From the NCBI GenBank assembly GCA_963667015.2, contig CAXXJJ010000004.1:32001-96000 (forward strand): DNA of 64,000 nucleotides. The letters are read 5' to 3'. The DNA comes from Desulfatiglandales bacterium. GTDB taxonomy: Bacteria > Desulfobacterota > DSM-4660 > Desulfatiglandales > HGW-15. The notes below the pieces were generated by a model that saw only the letters and a list, made by a program, of their open reading frames with translations, was not told the origin of the DNA and did not search any database. The translations under genes were made by a program, and so were the position numbers. Positions 55,374 through 64,000 of the stretch are shown here, piece after piece (the first letter of the stretch is position 1; the number at the start of each line of letters is the position of its first letter).

Positions 55374-56699
55374 ATGTCAGCGGTTTATCCAATATATGTA
55401 GTTGATGATGAGCAGTCGATCTGTGATTCTTTAAGGGGAATATTTTCCGATGAAGGTTACGAGATCGTTACCTGTTTAAATGCAAAGACATTATTTGAGA
55501 AGGCTGCAAAGGTTCCCCCTGCATTAGTGCTGCTTGATATATGGCTGCCGGATAGAGATGGGTTGGAGGTTTTGTCCAAACTCAGGCAGGATTTTCCTGA
55601 AACCGCTGTAATAATGATGAGCGGTCATGCCGGGATTACCTCGGCAGTTACGGCAATTAAAAAAGGGGCATCCGATTTCCTTGAAAAACCATTGAATATG
55701 GACATCCTGTTAGAAAAAGTAAGTAATGCACTAAAGACACATGGCGAAAAAGGTTTCCATGTCCACGTGCCGGGTAATAAAGAAAAGGCGCTAAAGCTTA
55801 AGAAAAATGCAGTCGGTATCGCCTCTCTGGTTGAAACGGATAAACCCCAGAGAACCCTGAAAAAAAATATTGTCCTTAATGGTACCGGTTTAATGAGCGG
55901 CAGGAATACTGGCATTATAATGAGTCCTCTGGAGGAAAACCAGGGAATCGTTTTTGAAACCCTGAGTGGACATCGCATTCCCGCACATATCACATCCCTT
56001 GAAAATTATTCATCTGATCCTCAAAAGCAAAGTTTTTCAGCCAATTCTACAGTTCTCAGGGTAAATGGAAACCGTATCCGTACTGTAGAGCATTTAATGG
56101 CCACCTTTTACATGTATGGGATAAGCAATGTTCTTGTAAAGGTTGATGAAGAAATCCCTAATGTTGACGGGTCTGCCGAAGATTTCTGCAGACTGATAAA
56201 AGAGACGGGTGTTGTAAAACAGAAGGCCTTTATTAAAAAGATTGTTATTAATGAAAAGATATTAATAGGCACCGAGAAAAAAGATGAAAAATATATTTGT
56301 GCACAGCCATACAAGGGATTTGAGGTGTCAATGCGGATTAATTATCCTGCTCCCATATTTGAACAGACCTATACATTCAATCCGAGAAGAAATTCTTTTA
56401 CATCTGAGATAGCGCCTGCCCGCACATTCAACACCTTTGAAAATATAGGCATGGCTCAAAAGCTTGGAAAGGTTGGCGGCGGGTACCTTGATTCGCACAT
56501 AATAATTCATGATGGAGAAGTCATTAATACAAAACTGAAATTTCCGGATGAATATGTCAGACACAAAATACTGGATATTCTTGGGGATCTCTTTTTATTA
56601 GGGTATCCTATCCAGGGAAAAATCAAAGCCAACATGACTTCCCATGGATTTAATCATGCCTTTGATCAGAAATTATACGACTGCATCAAAAAATCATAA
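55374..56699 (+). CDS. lpxC: Response-regulator receiver domain fused to UDP-3-O-acyl-GlcNAc deacetylase
   Basis: REC (VVDDE, LLDIWLP, MSGH, FLEKP) then QRTLKK, TVEHLMA, EIPNVDGSA, APARTF, HKILDILGDL in one continuous ORF. Confidence 0.85.
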   Translation: MSAVYPIYVVDDEQSICDSLRGIFSDEGYEIVTCLNAKTLFEKAAKVPPALVLLDIWLPDRDGLEVLSKLRQDFPETAVIMMSGHAGITSAVTAIKKGASDFLEKPLNMDILLEKVSNALKTHGEKGFHVHVPGNKEKALKLKKNAVGIASLVETDKPQRTLKKNIVLNGTGLMSGRNTGIIMSPLEENQGIVFETLSGHRIPAHITSLENYSSDPQKQSFSANSTVLRVNGNRIRTVEHLMATFYMYGISNVLVKVDEEIPNVDGSAEDFCRLIKETGVVKQKAFIKKIVINEKILIGTEKKDEKYICAQPYKGFEVSMRINYPAPIFEQTYTFNPRRNSFTSEIAPARTFNTFENIGMAQKLGKVGGGYLDSHIIIHDGEVINTKLKFPDEYVRHKILDILGDLFLLGYPIQGKIKANMTSHGFNHAFDQKLYDCIKKS

Positions 56700-57043
56700 T
56701 TTATTGAAACTTTTTAAAATATTTTCTGTCAATTTATAGAGACAGGGTTAATTTTGAAGCCCTGATACCCTTTTGCTGATTTTGGCTTGAATATTGGCGA
56801 CATTGATGTTATCCATATTCAGCTTCATGTGAATACAATATCTCTCAACATTGTTAAAATTTTTTCCCGAAAAGATTAATAAAATAGCGTCTATAATTTG
56901 GACTTGTCTGTATATTTTGCTGATATTCCAGCGCTAATTAATAACCTGATTTTCATACCACAGGGGGAAAGATGATTTATTTTTCAGCTATTACTAAAGT
57001 AAGGGAAAATACCCCGGGCTTTTTAAAAAGCAGGGAAGGGTAT

Positions 57044-58555
57044 ATGGCCCTGTTTCAAAAGGTAGTGTTCATCCTCTTATTCACATTCTGTTTTACACTG
57101 TCTGTGACAGAACATGTATACGCGCAGGGTGGCTCTAACTTTTATAATCCACGGGATGAGGATTATAAATTGCTGGGATTAAAAAGAGCAAAAGAGAATT
57201 ATGAGCTTGCAAGAACAGAGCTTGAGCGCAAGAAAGTATTATTCGATGAAGGCCGGATATCCCGCTCAGATTATGAGCAGAGTTTAAAGCAGTTTAATGG
57301 TCTGGAAGTAGATTATCAGCAGCAGCAGCTGGCTGTATTGTTTGAGGATCAATATATAATCATAAGCAATGCGGTGAAGTTCAGCAGTGAATCTGGTGAA
57401 AAGGTAGTAAAAATTACCCTTGAAAACAGTTCCGGAGGCAGTTCGGAGTTAAAGAAGCTCATCAATTTTGATGAAGATTTATATAAGGCCCTTGAACCCG
57501 ATGTTATAGATAATGTCTATGTCTCCCTCATTAACGAAGATGCTATAATCAGCCAGCCCTATGAACAGAAGATAGACAGATTGCCGGCAGGCCAGCCAAA
57601 GGATGTCAGTTTTGTATTACTGCAGGATGTTGATGTTGTTACCGTTCATATTCTTTACGGGAAAGGTTCAACTATCGATAAGAGGATATATCTTCAGAAA
57701 GATTCCACAATAAATAAGGTTGAAATGCAGTCGGACCAGTTTTCACAGGAAGTGGAACTGGGAAATTCTGCTTCATATGATCTAAGCCTGGAGCTTTTCA
57801 GCGGTACAAGTGACACCTTTAAACTGGAGGTTGTAAACCTGCCAAGCCAGATTAACCGCTACTTTGTTAACCAGGGGACCGATACACGTCTTAGTTTTAT
57901 AAAATTCAATGAAAGTACCAGTACTAAAAGAGCCTCCCTGAAGGTCTTTTTACCTGACCGTGCAAGCGATTCAATTAAAATGGATCAGTCTCTTACCTTC
58001 TATGCACTGGCAATTCCCCAGAACAGGTTAAAAGAAATAAACCTTAATAATACAAAACAATGGACTGAAGAAGAGCTTGCTGGTTTAAATGTAGGATTTG
58101 TAAAACTTGATCTCAAACCCAGGGGGGTGGGCGAACTGCTGGTAAAGGCACAGCAGCTGTTCTTTTCCATCAATTCAGGTGAGTCGGTGCAGGTACCTAT
58201 TGAGCTGGTCAATGATGGTACCAGGAGCCTTAATAATGTTGAGGTCGATGTTGATTTACCACTAAACTGGACGCATTCGATTGATCCAAAAAATATTGAC
58301 CGTCTGAAAGTTTCCGAGGAAAAAAGAGCCATCATAAATATTATACCCAGTTCCGATGTAGCTCCCGGACGTTATGAAGTTAGAGTGAAAACTACATCTT
58401 TATCTGATGAGCAGCCTATATCAGGTGAAGATAAGACCATCAATGTCGAAATCAAGGCCGAGACCAACCTTCTTGGAATGATAATAATCATCCTGTTGAT
58501 CCTGGGCCTGGTTGGCGGAATGGTCGTCTTTGGAATTAAGCTTTCAAGGCGATAA
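57044..58555 (+). CDS. Exported membrane-anchored protein with coiled coil and NEW3-like Ig domains (ABC accessory)
   Basis: Signal peptide (VYA|Q), coiled coil, VNDGTRSLNNV..DLPLNW...PGRYEV, C-terminal TM + KLSRR. Confidence 0.75.
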   Translation: MALFQKVVFILLFTFCFTLSVTEHVYAQGGSNFYNPRDEDYKLLGLKRAKENYELARTELERKKVLFDEGRISRSDYEQSLKQFNGLEVDYQQQQLAVLFEDQYIIISNAVKFSSESGEKVVKITLENSSGGSSELKKLINFDEDLYKALEPDVIDNVYVSLINEDAIISQPYEQKIDRLPAGQPKDVSFVLLQDVDVVTVHILYGKGSTIDKRIYLQKDSTINKVEMQSDQFSQEVELGNSASYDLSLELFSGTSDTFKLEVVNLPSQINRYFVNQGTDTRLSFIKFNESTSTKRASLKVFLPDRASDSIKMDQSLTFYALAIPQNRLKEINLNNTKQWTEEELAGLNVGFVKLDLKPRGVGELLVKAQQLFFSINSGESVQVPIELVNDGTRSLNNVEVDVDLPLNWTHSIDPKNIDRLKVSEEKRAIINIIPSSDVAPGRYEVRVKTTSLSDEQPISGEDKTINVEIKAETNLLGMIIIILLILGLVGGMVVFGIKLSRR

Positions 58556-58645
58556 AAAAATGAAAATCCGAAAAGGTATATTTTCGGATGGCGTCTTTAG
58601 CTAAATGATTGGCCTCAAAATTTTATGAAAAATCCATAAAAATAT

Positions 58646-58727
58646 CTGGATTCCCCGAACAAGTCAGGGAATGACAAATATTCTAATATATATAGTTCGT
58701 CATTCCCCGGCTCGACGGGGAATCCAG
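58646..58727. repeat. Inverted pair of REP-like palindromes
   Basis: CTGGATTCCCC..GGGAATGAC (58646-58675) and GTCATTCCCC..GGGGAATCCAG (58699-58727) around an AT-rich spacer. Confidence 0.75.
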
Positions 58728-58888
58728 TAATAAATTGTCTTAAGAGCAGCATAATTATTTTCTCTATAATTAGTGAAGTATAGCTCTGGAACACCTGTAA
58801 GGATTTTTCGTTTCACGCGTAATTATAAAAGAACAAAATAATTATTTATAAATATCATCAGCAAATTCTAATCAAGGAAGGGAAACCC

Positions 58889-59653
58889 ATGACAGAAACA
58901 AATAATAACGAAACAAACAGCTCAATAGTACTAGAAGCAGACAAACTGACAAAACGTTATGAAGACGGAGTACTGGCACTTGACGAACTCTCCTTCACCA
59001 TAGAGAGCTCACAGATATATGCTATGCTGGGCGCAAATGGTGCAGGAAAGACCACAACCATTAACCTGTTCCTGAATTTTATTGAACCCACAAGCGGTGA
59101 AGCCAGGGTAAAGGGGATTGTTACACATAAGGAACCGCTGCTTGCAAAGGAGCAGATCGCCTATGTCTCAGAGAATGTCATGCTGTATCAGAATTTTACA
59201 GCAATGCAAAATCTCGATTATTTTGCAAAACTGGGCGGAAAGAAAGACTATAAACGCGATGACTACCGTGATGTCCTATTACGAGTAGGTTTGCAGGAAG
59301 AGGCGCATAACAAACGTCTTAAGGGATTTTCAAAGGGTATGAGGCAGAAATGCGGAATAGCTATTGCCATCCTAAAAGACGCTCCTGCTATTCTTCTTGA
59401 TGAGCCTACCTCAGGTCTTGATCCAAAGGCAGGTTTTGAGTTTATTCAGTTGCTGGATAAACTCAGGAGCGAAGGCAAGGCAATATTGATGTCCACACAT
59501 GATATATTCCGCGCCCGTGAAATAGCTGACACAGTTGGAATCATGAACCAGGGAAAACTGGTAATGCAGGCCGGAAGGGATGAATTGAGCGACAAGGACC
59601 TTGAGCAGCTTTATATGAAATACATGGCCGGATACATGGAGGAGGCTGCTTAA
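58889..59653 (+). CDS. ABC transporter ATP-binding protein
   Basis: GANGAGKTT, FSKGMRQ, ILLDEPT, STH. Confidence 0.95.
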   Translation: MTETNNNETNSSIVLEADKLTKRYEDGVLALDELSFTIESSQIYAMLGANGAGKTTTINLFLNFIEPTSGEARVKGIVTHKEPLLAKEQIAYVSENVMLYQNFTAMQNLDYFAKLGGKKDYKRDDYRDVLLRVGLQEEAHNKRLKGFSKGMRQKCGIAIAILKDAPAILLDEPTSGLDPKAGFEFIQLLDKLRSEGKAILMSTHDIFRAREIADTVGIMNQGKLVMQAGRDELSDKDLEQLYMKYMAGYMEEAA

Positions 59654-59655
59654 TC

Positions 59656-61104
59656 ATGTTAAAGCTTATTCTTTTTAAAGAATTAAGAGAAATAACAAGC
59701 TCTCCGAAGTTTGCCGTTACATTCGGGATATGTTCCATCCTCATAATCCTGTCTTTTTTTACCGGTATTAAAAATTATGAGACCCGTCTTGAAGAATATA
59801 ATGCCTCTACAGCAGCTCATCTTCGTCCCTATAAAGATACCACTGACTGGGACCATGTAAGAGACCACAGGATTTCTCTTACACCCAGACCGCTTGCCTC
59901 GCTCATTATAGGGTTGTCCAATGATGTTCCCAGAACCGCTTACATAAACGGCCGCGACATACCGTCATTAAGTACAAGCAATTACAGTCAGCAGCCGGTT
60001 TTTTCAATATTCCGGTTTCTGGACCTTGAGTTTGTATTCCAGATAATTTTTTCTCTTTTTGCAATTCTGTTTGCCTTTGACGCCATCAACGGAGAAAAGG
60101 AAAGAGGGACATTAAGACTGTCATTTGCCAATTCGCTTCCAAGGGCCAATTATATACTTGGCAAGCTTGCTGGGTCATTTCTTGCCCTTGCACTTCCTCT
60201 GCTCATCCCTCTCCTTATAGGAGTTTTAATGGTGCCGGTAATGGGAATATCTCTGACTTTTGAAGAATGGATTAGGCTGGGCCTTTTTATCCTGTGCGGG
60301 ATGCTTTACCTTGGAGTATTCCTTACATTGTCTGTGTTCATCTCCTGTCTAACACAGCGCTCCTCCAGTTCATTTCTATTTCTTCTTATTATATGGGTAT
60401 GCTCTGTACTTATAATCCCAAGGGCGTCCGTATTAATTGCAGGAAATACTGTCGAAGTACTTTCTGCCGAAGAAATATCCGTTATGCAGCTTCAGCTTCA
60501 GAGACAAAACGCCAGGACAGCAGATGAAAAGTTTGGAGAAGCATTTCAACAGTTTCTGAAGGAGTTAAGGCAGGGCAAAGATAAAAGTGTCGAATTTCAG
60601 AAACGCAGGCAGGAAGAACTATATAGAGAGGTGGATAAATTAAGGGCCGAACTTGAAAAAAACGTTGATGCTTTAGCAAGCAGGCTTAATGAAGAACGCA
60701 GAAACAAACAGATCAAACAGGAAAAACTTGCATTCGGTATTTCCCGTATTTCACCGGCCGCAGTATTTACCCTGGCAGCAACAACATTATCAGATACATC
60801 TATGGAACTGAGAAATCACTTTTTGGAAAATGCCAAGACATATTCAAAATCATTTGCTGATTTTTTTCGCGACAAAACAGGTAAAAGTATAGACAGCAAA
60901 ATGGTTTTCAACAGTGACCAGGAAGAACAAAAGAAAAAGCAGCACCCTATTGATGTCAGTGAAATTCCGGAGTTTGTATATCAGTCGCCTGAACTGTCAA
61001 ACATTTTACATGATGCTTTGCCTGATATTGCCCTGCTGATTATATTTAACCTTGTATTTTTCATCGGCGCCTTCACTGTATTCCTGCGTTATGACCTTCG
61101 ATAA
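59656..61104 (+). CDS. ABC-2-type permease with large extracytoplasmic loops (paralogue 1)
   Basis: FDAINGEKERGTLRLSFAN, WVCSVLIIPR, SRISP, FLRYDLR. Confidence 0.88.
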   Translation: MLKLILFKELREITSSPKFAVTFGICSILIILSFFTGIKNYETRLEEYNASTAAHLRPYKDTTDWDHVRDHRISLTPRPLASLIIGLSNDVPRTAYINGRDIPSLSTSNYSQQPVFSIFRFLDLEFVFQIIFSLFAILFAFDAINGEKERGTLRLSFANSLPRANYILGKLAGSFLALALPLLIPLLIGVLMVPVMGISLTFEEWIRLGLFILCGMLYLGVFLTLSVFISCLTQRSSSSFLFLLIIWVCSVLIIPRASVLIAGNTVEVLSAEEISVMQLQLQRQNARTADEKFGEAFQQFLKELRQGKDKSVEFQKRRQEELYREVDKLRAELEKNVDALASRLNEERRNKQIKQEKLAFGISRISPAAVFTLAATTLSDTSMELRNHFLENAKTYSKSFADFFRDKTGKSIDSKMVFNSDQEEQKKKQHPIDVSEIPEFVYQSPELSNILHDALPDIALLIIFNLVFFIGAFTVFLRYDLR

Positions 61105-61118
61105 AAAGAGAGACAATT

Positions 61119-62573
61119 ATGATTCTCACATTAATAGAAAAAGAATTGAAGTTAATTTTAACAAGTTCCAAGTTTGCAGCGGTTTTTGCAGTATGCACTA
61201 TCCTGATAGTTATGAGCGTTTATATAGGCATAGAAGAATATAAAACCGCAATGACCCATTATGAAACTGTTACAGCCCAGGTAACTCAGCAGATGAGAGA
61301 AGAAACAGAGTGGAACAGCCTGATTCCTCAGATAACCCGTTATCCGGATCCGATGCAGATATTTGTATCAGGAATAAACAATGATATCGGGAGACAGGCC
61401 AGAATATCAACCTACGGAACCGCAGATCTTATTAACAGTAATTACTCTCAAAACATGATATTTGCGGTATTCAGATCCATGGACCTGATGTTCATAGTGC
61501 AGATAGTGCTTTCACTCTTTGCAATACTGTTCACCTATGACGCCATCAATGGAGAACGTGAGAGAGGGACATTAAAGCTGAGTTTTGCGAACCCGGTCCC
61601 GCGTATTTCCTATATATTATCTAAAATCATAGGTTCATGGCTAGGCCTTGTTATACCGCTCCTTATACCCCTTCTGCTTGGAACAGCACTCATACTGCTT
61701 TATAAAATACCGATGACGGTCGCACACTGGAAACAGCTTGCATTTTTAATCGTTCTGTCAGTTCTTTATTTCAGTTTTTTTATCTGCTTTGGTGTGTTTT
61801 TCTCTTCTCTTACAAGAAATTCATCTTCATCCTTTCTCTATTTGCTGGTTATCTGGGTATGTCTTGTTCTAATTGTCCCACGAGCTGGTGTAATGATAGC
61901 GGGACATTTTGTGAAGGTGCAGACAGCATCTGAAATTTCATCACAGATATCACAAAAGTATGGTGAATTAAGCGATGAGTATATTGAAAAGATTCAAAAA
62001 TATGGAAAAGAACAGAGGGCCGGGCTTGAGAATCTCGAAAGAGAAGGTATCACATCAAGAGAAAAATTCCAGGAAAGGTATGAGGTGCTTAGAGAGGAGT
62101 ACAGGAAAAAGGCCAATGCAGCAGAGGAAGATTTTTCACAAAAATTAGCCGAATTTGATGCTGCCCTTAAGGAAGACTGGCTCAATAGAAAGGCAGTGCG
62201 TCAAAAGCTTGGTTTTTCTTTGTCAAGATTTTCGCCCGCATCAGCCTATCAGCTCGCGGCTATGGACTTTGCAGGAACCGGTATGAGCCTTAAAACAGAC
62301 TATGAGGATCAGCTTCGTACCTACAGCAGTCTATTCAGTAAATTCAAGGCTGATAAAATTGAAGCATCCGGAGGAAACGGCTATGCAAATGTCTTTGAAA
62401 ATAAAAAACCAGAGTCGCTGGACCTGAGTGAGATGCCCAAATTCAAGTATATTAACCCTGATTTAAGTAAGATATTACAATTCACAGTAATAGATGCGGC
62501 TATAATATCAGGTTATATACTTTTAATTATTTCTGGATCATTCATTGCCTTTATTCGGTATGATGTCAGATAA
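61119..62573 (+). CDS. ABC-2-type permease (paralogue 2)
   Basis: YDAINGERERGTLKLSFAN, SRFSP, FIRYDVR. Confidence 0.88.
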   Translation: MILTLIEKELKLILTSSKFAAVFAVCTILIVMSVYIGIEEYKTAMTHYETVTAQVTQQMREETEWNSLIPQITRYPDPMQIFVSGINNDIGRQARISTYGTADLINSNYSQNMIFAVFRSMDLMFIVQIVLSLFAILFTYDAINGERERGTLKLSFANPVPRISYILSKIIGSWLGLVIPLLIPLLLGTALILLYKIPMTVAHWKQLAFLIVLSVLYFSFFICFGVFFSSLTRNSSSSFLYLLVIWVCLVLIVPRAGVMIAGHFVKVQTASEISSQISQKYGELSDEYIEKIQKYGKEQRAGLENLEREGITSREKFQERYEVLREEYRKKANAAEEDFSQKLAEFDAALKEDWLNRKAVRQKLGFSLSRFSPASAYQLAAMDFAGTGMSLKTDYEDQLRTYSSLFSKFKADKIEASGGNGYANVFENKKPESLDLSEMPKFKYINPDLSKILQFTVIDAAIISGYILLIISGSFIAFIRYDVR

Positions 62574-62588
62574 GGTTGTTCATAAGCT

Positions 62589-64000
62589 ATGCTGAAACTC
62601 ATAGTATATAAAGAGCTGAAAGAGATAACAGGTTCTGCAAAATTTGCAGCAACCTTTGGTATCTGCTCCTTACTCATTATCCTTGCTTTTATTACCGGCA
62701 TACAAAACTACCATAGCGGGGTGAGGGAGTATGAGGCCTCAAAGTCAGCTCAACAGAGTCAGTTTGAAGCAAGTAAATCATGGAAGAATGTGCCGCGGCG
62801 CAATGCCTACCTTCCTCATGAACCACTGGCAGCTCTTGTTATGGGAATATCCAATGATATAGGCCGGACTACCAATCTTTACGATACCAGTTTTCAGGTA
62901 ATGCGTAACAGTACCTACAGCCAGGATACAATATTTGCTGTGTTCCGCTTTCTGGATCTGGAATTTGTATTCATGATTGTTCTTTCCCTGTTTGCAATCC
63001 TCTTTGCCTTTGATGCTGTGAACGGAGAAAAGGAAAGGGGCACATTAAGGCTTTCATTTGCCAATCCGATTCCGCGCGCTGTGTATATACTTGGCAAAAT
63101 AATTGGCACTTTTCTGGCCCTTGCCGTTCCGCTGCTTGTGCCTGTTTTAATCGGAATGCTGTTTTTACCTTTAATGGGAGTCCATCTTTCCATCGGAGAA
63201 TGGGTAAGATTGAGCTTGTTTATTATCTGCGGCCTGCTTTACCTGGGAGTTTTTCTTTCCCTTTCTTTATTTATTTCCAGTGTAACAAAGCGATCTTCAA
63301 GTTCCTTTCTTTTCATGCTGGTAATCTGGGTGTTTTCAGTTCTTATTATCCCCAGGGCGTCTGTACTGCTTGCCGGAAATATTTACGCAGTTCCTTCATT
63401 ATCCAAAATTTATTATCAGAGACTGCAGTTAGAAATGAATAGTGCCAGAGATGTCCCGGAAAAAGTAAAAGAACCGGTTCAAAAATATATTCAGGAAATG
63501 AGCCAAAAAGCGGAAAAAGATCCGGATGCAATGAAGAAAATCAGCGCCGGGATCAGTGAAATTTATAATAAGGCTTATGGTGAGATTGATAAAGAGGTAG
63601 GCAAATATGTAAACAGGCTGTTTGAAGAGCGTTATAATGAACAGGACAAACAGGAAAAACTTGCGCTTGGAATCTCACGCATATCACCTACTGCAGTTTT
63701 TACGCTCGCGGCAACTGAGCTATGCGGCACATCGATTGAATTACGAAATAACTATCGGGAAAAAACCGCCGCATATGCAAAAATTTATGAAAAATTTCTT
63801 GAAGAAAAACAGAATCAGGATAACGCAGAAGGTAATAATTCCCAGGCGGTTAATACTGAAGAAATTCCGTTATTTGTATATGAGTCACATGAACTGCCTG
63901 TAATTATCCAGCGTGCTTTGCCTGATATGGGCATTCTGGCGCTTTTTAACCTGATATTCTTTTGCGGCGCTTTTACTGCTTTCCTGCGCTATGACCTTCG
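62589..64000 (+). CDS. ABC-2-type permease (paralogue 3; stop lies just beyond the window)
   Basis: Starts MLKLIVYKELK; FDAVNGEKERGTLRLSFAN; ends ...FLRYDL(R) in frame at the window edge; missing from the ORF track because no stop is inside the window. Confidence 0.85.
   Translation, partial: MLKLIVYKELKEITGSAKFAATFGICSLLIILAFITGIQNYHSGVREYEASKSAQQSQFEASKSWKNVPRRNAYLPHEPLAALVMGISNDIGRTTNLYDTSFQVMRNSTYSQDTIFAVFRFLDLEFVFMIVLSLFAILFAFDAVNGEKERGTLRLSFANPIPRAVYILGKIIGTFLALAVPLLVPVLIGMLFLPLMGVHLSIGEWVRLSLFIICGLLYLGVFLSLSLFISSVTKRSSSSFLFMLVIWVFSVLIIPRASVLLAGNIYAVPSLSKIYYQRLQLEMNSARDVPEKVKEPVQKYIQEMSQKAEKDPDAMKKISAGISEIYNKAYGEIDKEVGKYVNRLFEERYNEQDKQEKLALGISRISPTAVFTLAATELCGTSIELRNNYREKTAAYAKIYEKFLEEKQNQDNAEGNNSQAVNTEEIPLFVYESHELPVIIQRALPDMGILALFNLIFFCGAFTAFLRYDL

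Noticed and set aside
1..64000. CRISPR arrays, tRNA/rRNA genes, IS transposases
   Set aside because: No regularly spaced direct repeats, tRNA cloverleafs with T-loop consensus, rRNA-like tracts or transposase ORFs were seen by eye

Overview
Chromosomal segment of a sulfate/sulfite-reducing Desulfobacterota (deltaproteobacterium). Recognisable core content: dsrC-dsrN divergent from dsrA-dsrB-dsrD, cimA, thiS-thiE-like-thiG-thiH, an MCP, gmhB, an M3 (Dcp-like) peptidase, a TPR Ser/Thr kinase, dodecin and an ABC system with three tandem permease paralogues. No rRNA, tRNA, CRISPR array or transposase was seen. The best candidate for an undescribed system is a six-gene minus-strand operon (42749-53320). 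All six products have Sec-type signal peptides and five share a paralogous domain I cannot assign (YYYLP-x-P...G-x-AP...GA-x-LL...DP-x-F). It is bracketed by a sigma54-type promoter and a perfect 17-bp terminator hairpin. Other highlights: an Ile-rich leader-peptide attenuator before cimA, a promoter- and terminator-bounded orphan sRNA candidate (~2666-2745), a zinc-ribbon / toxin-like 1283-aa / EspG-like triad (8215-13918), a receiver-LpxC fusion, and a hexaheme cytochrome c-cytochrome b fusion next to a lipoyl carrier and an HdrD-like protein. All calls are by-eye motif recognition; no searches were run.
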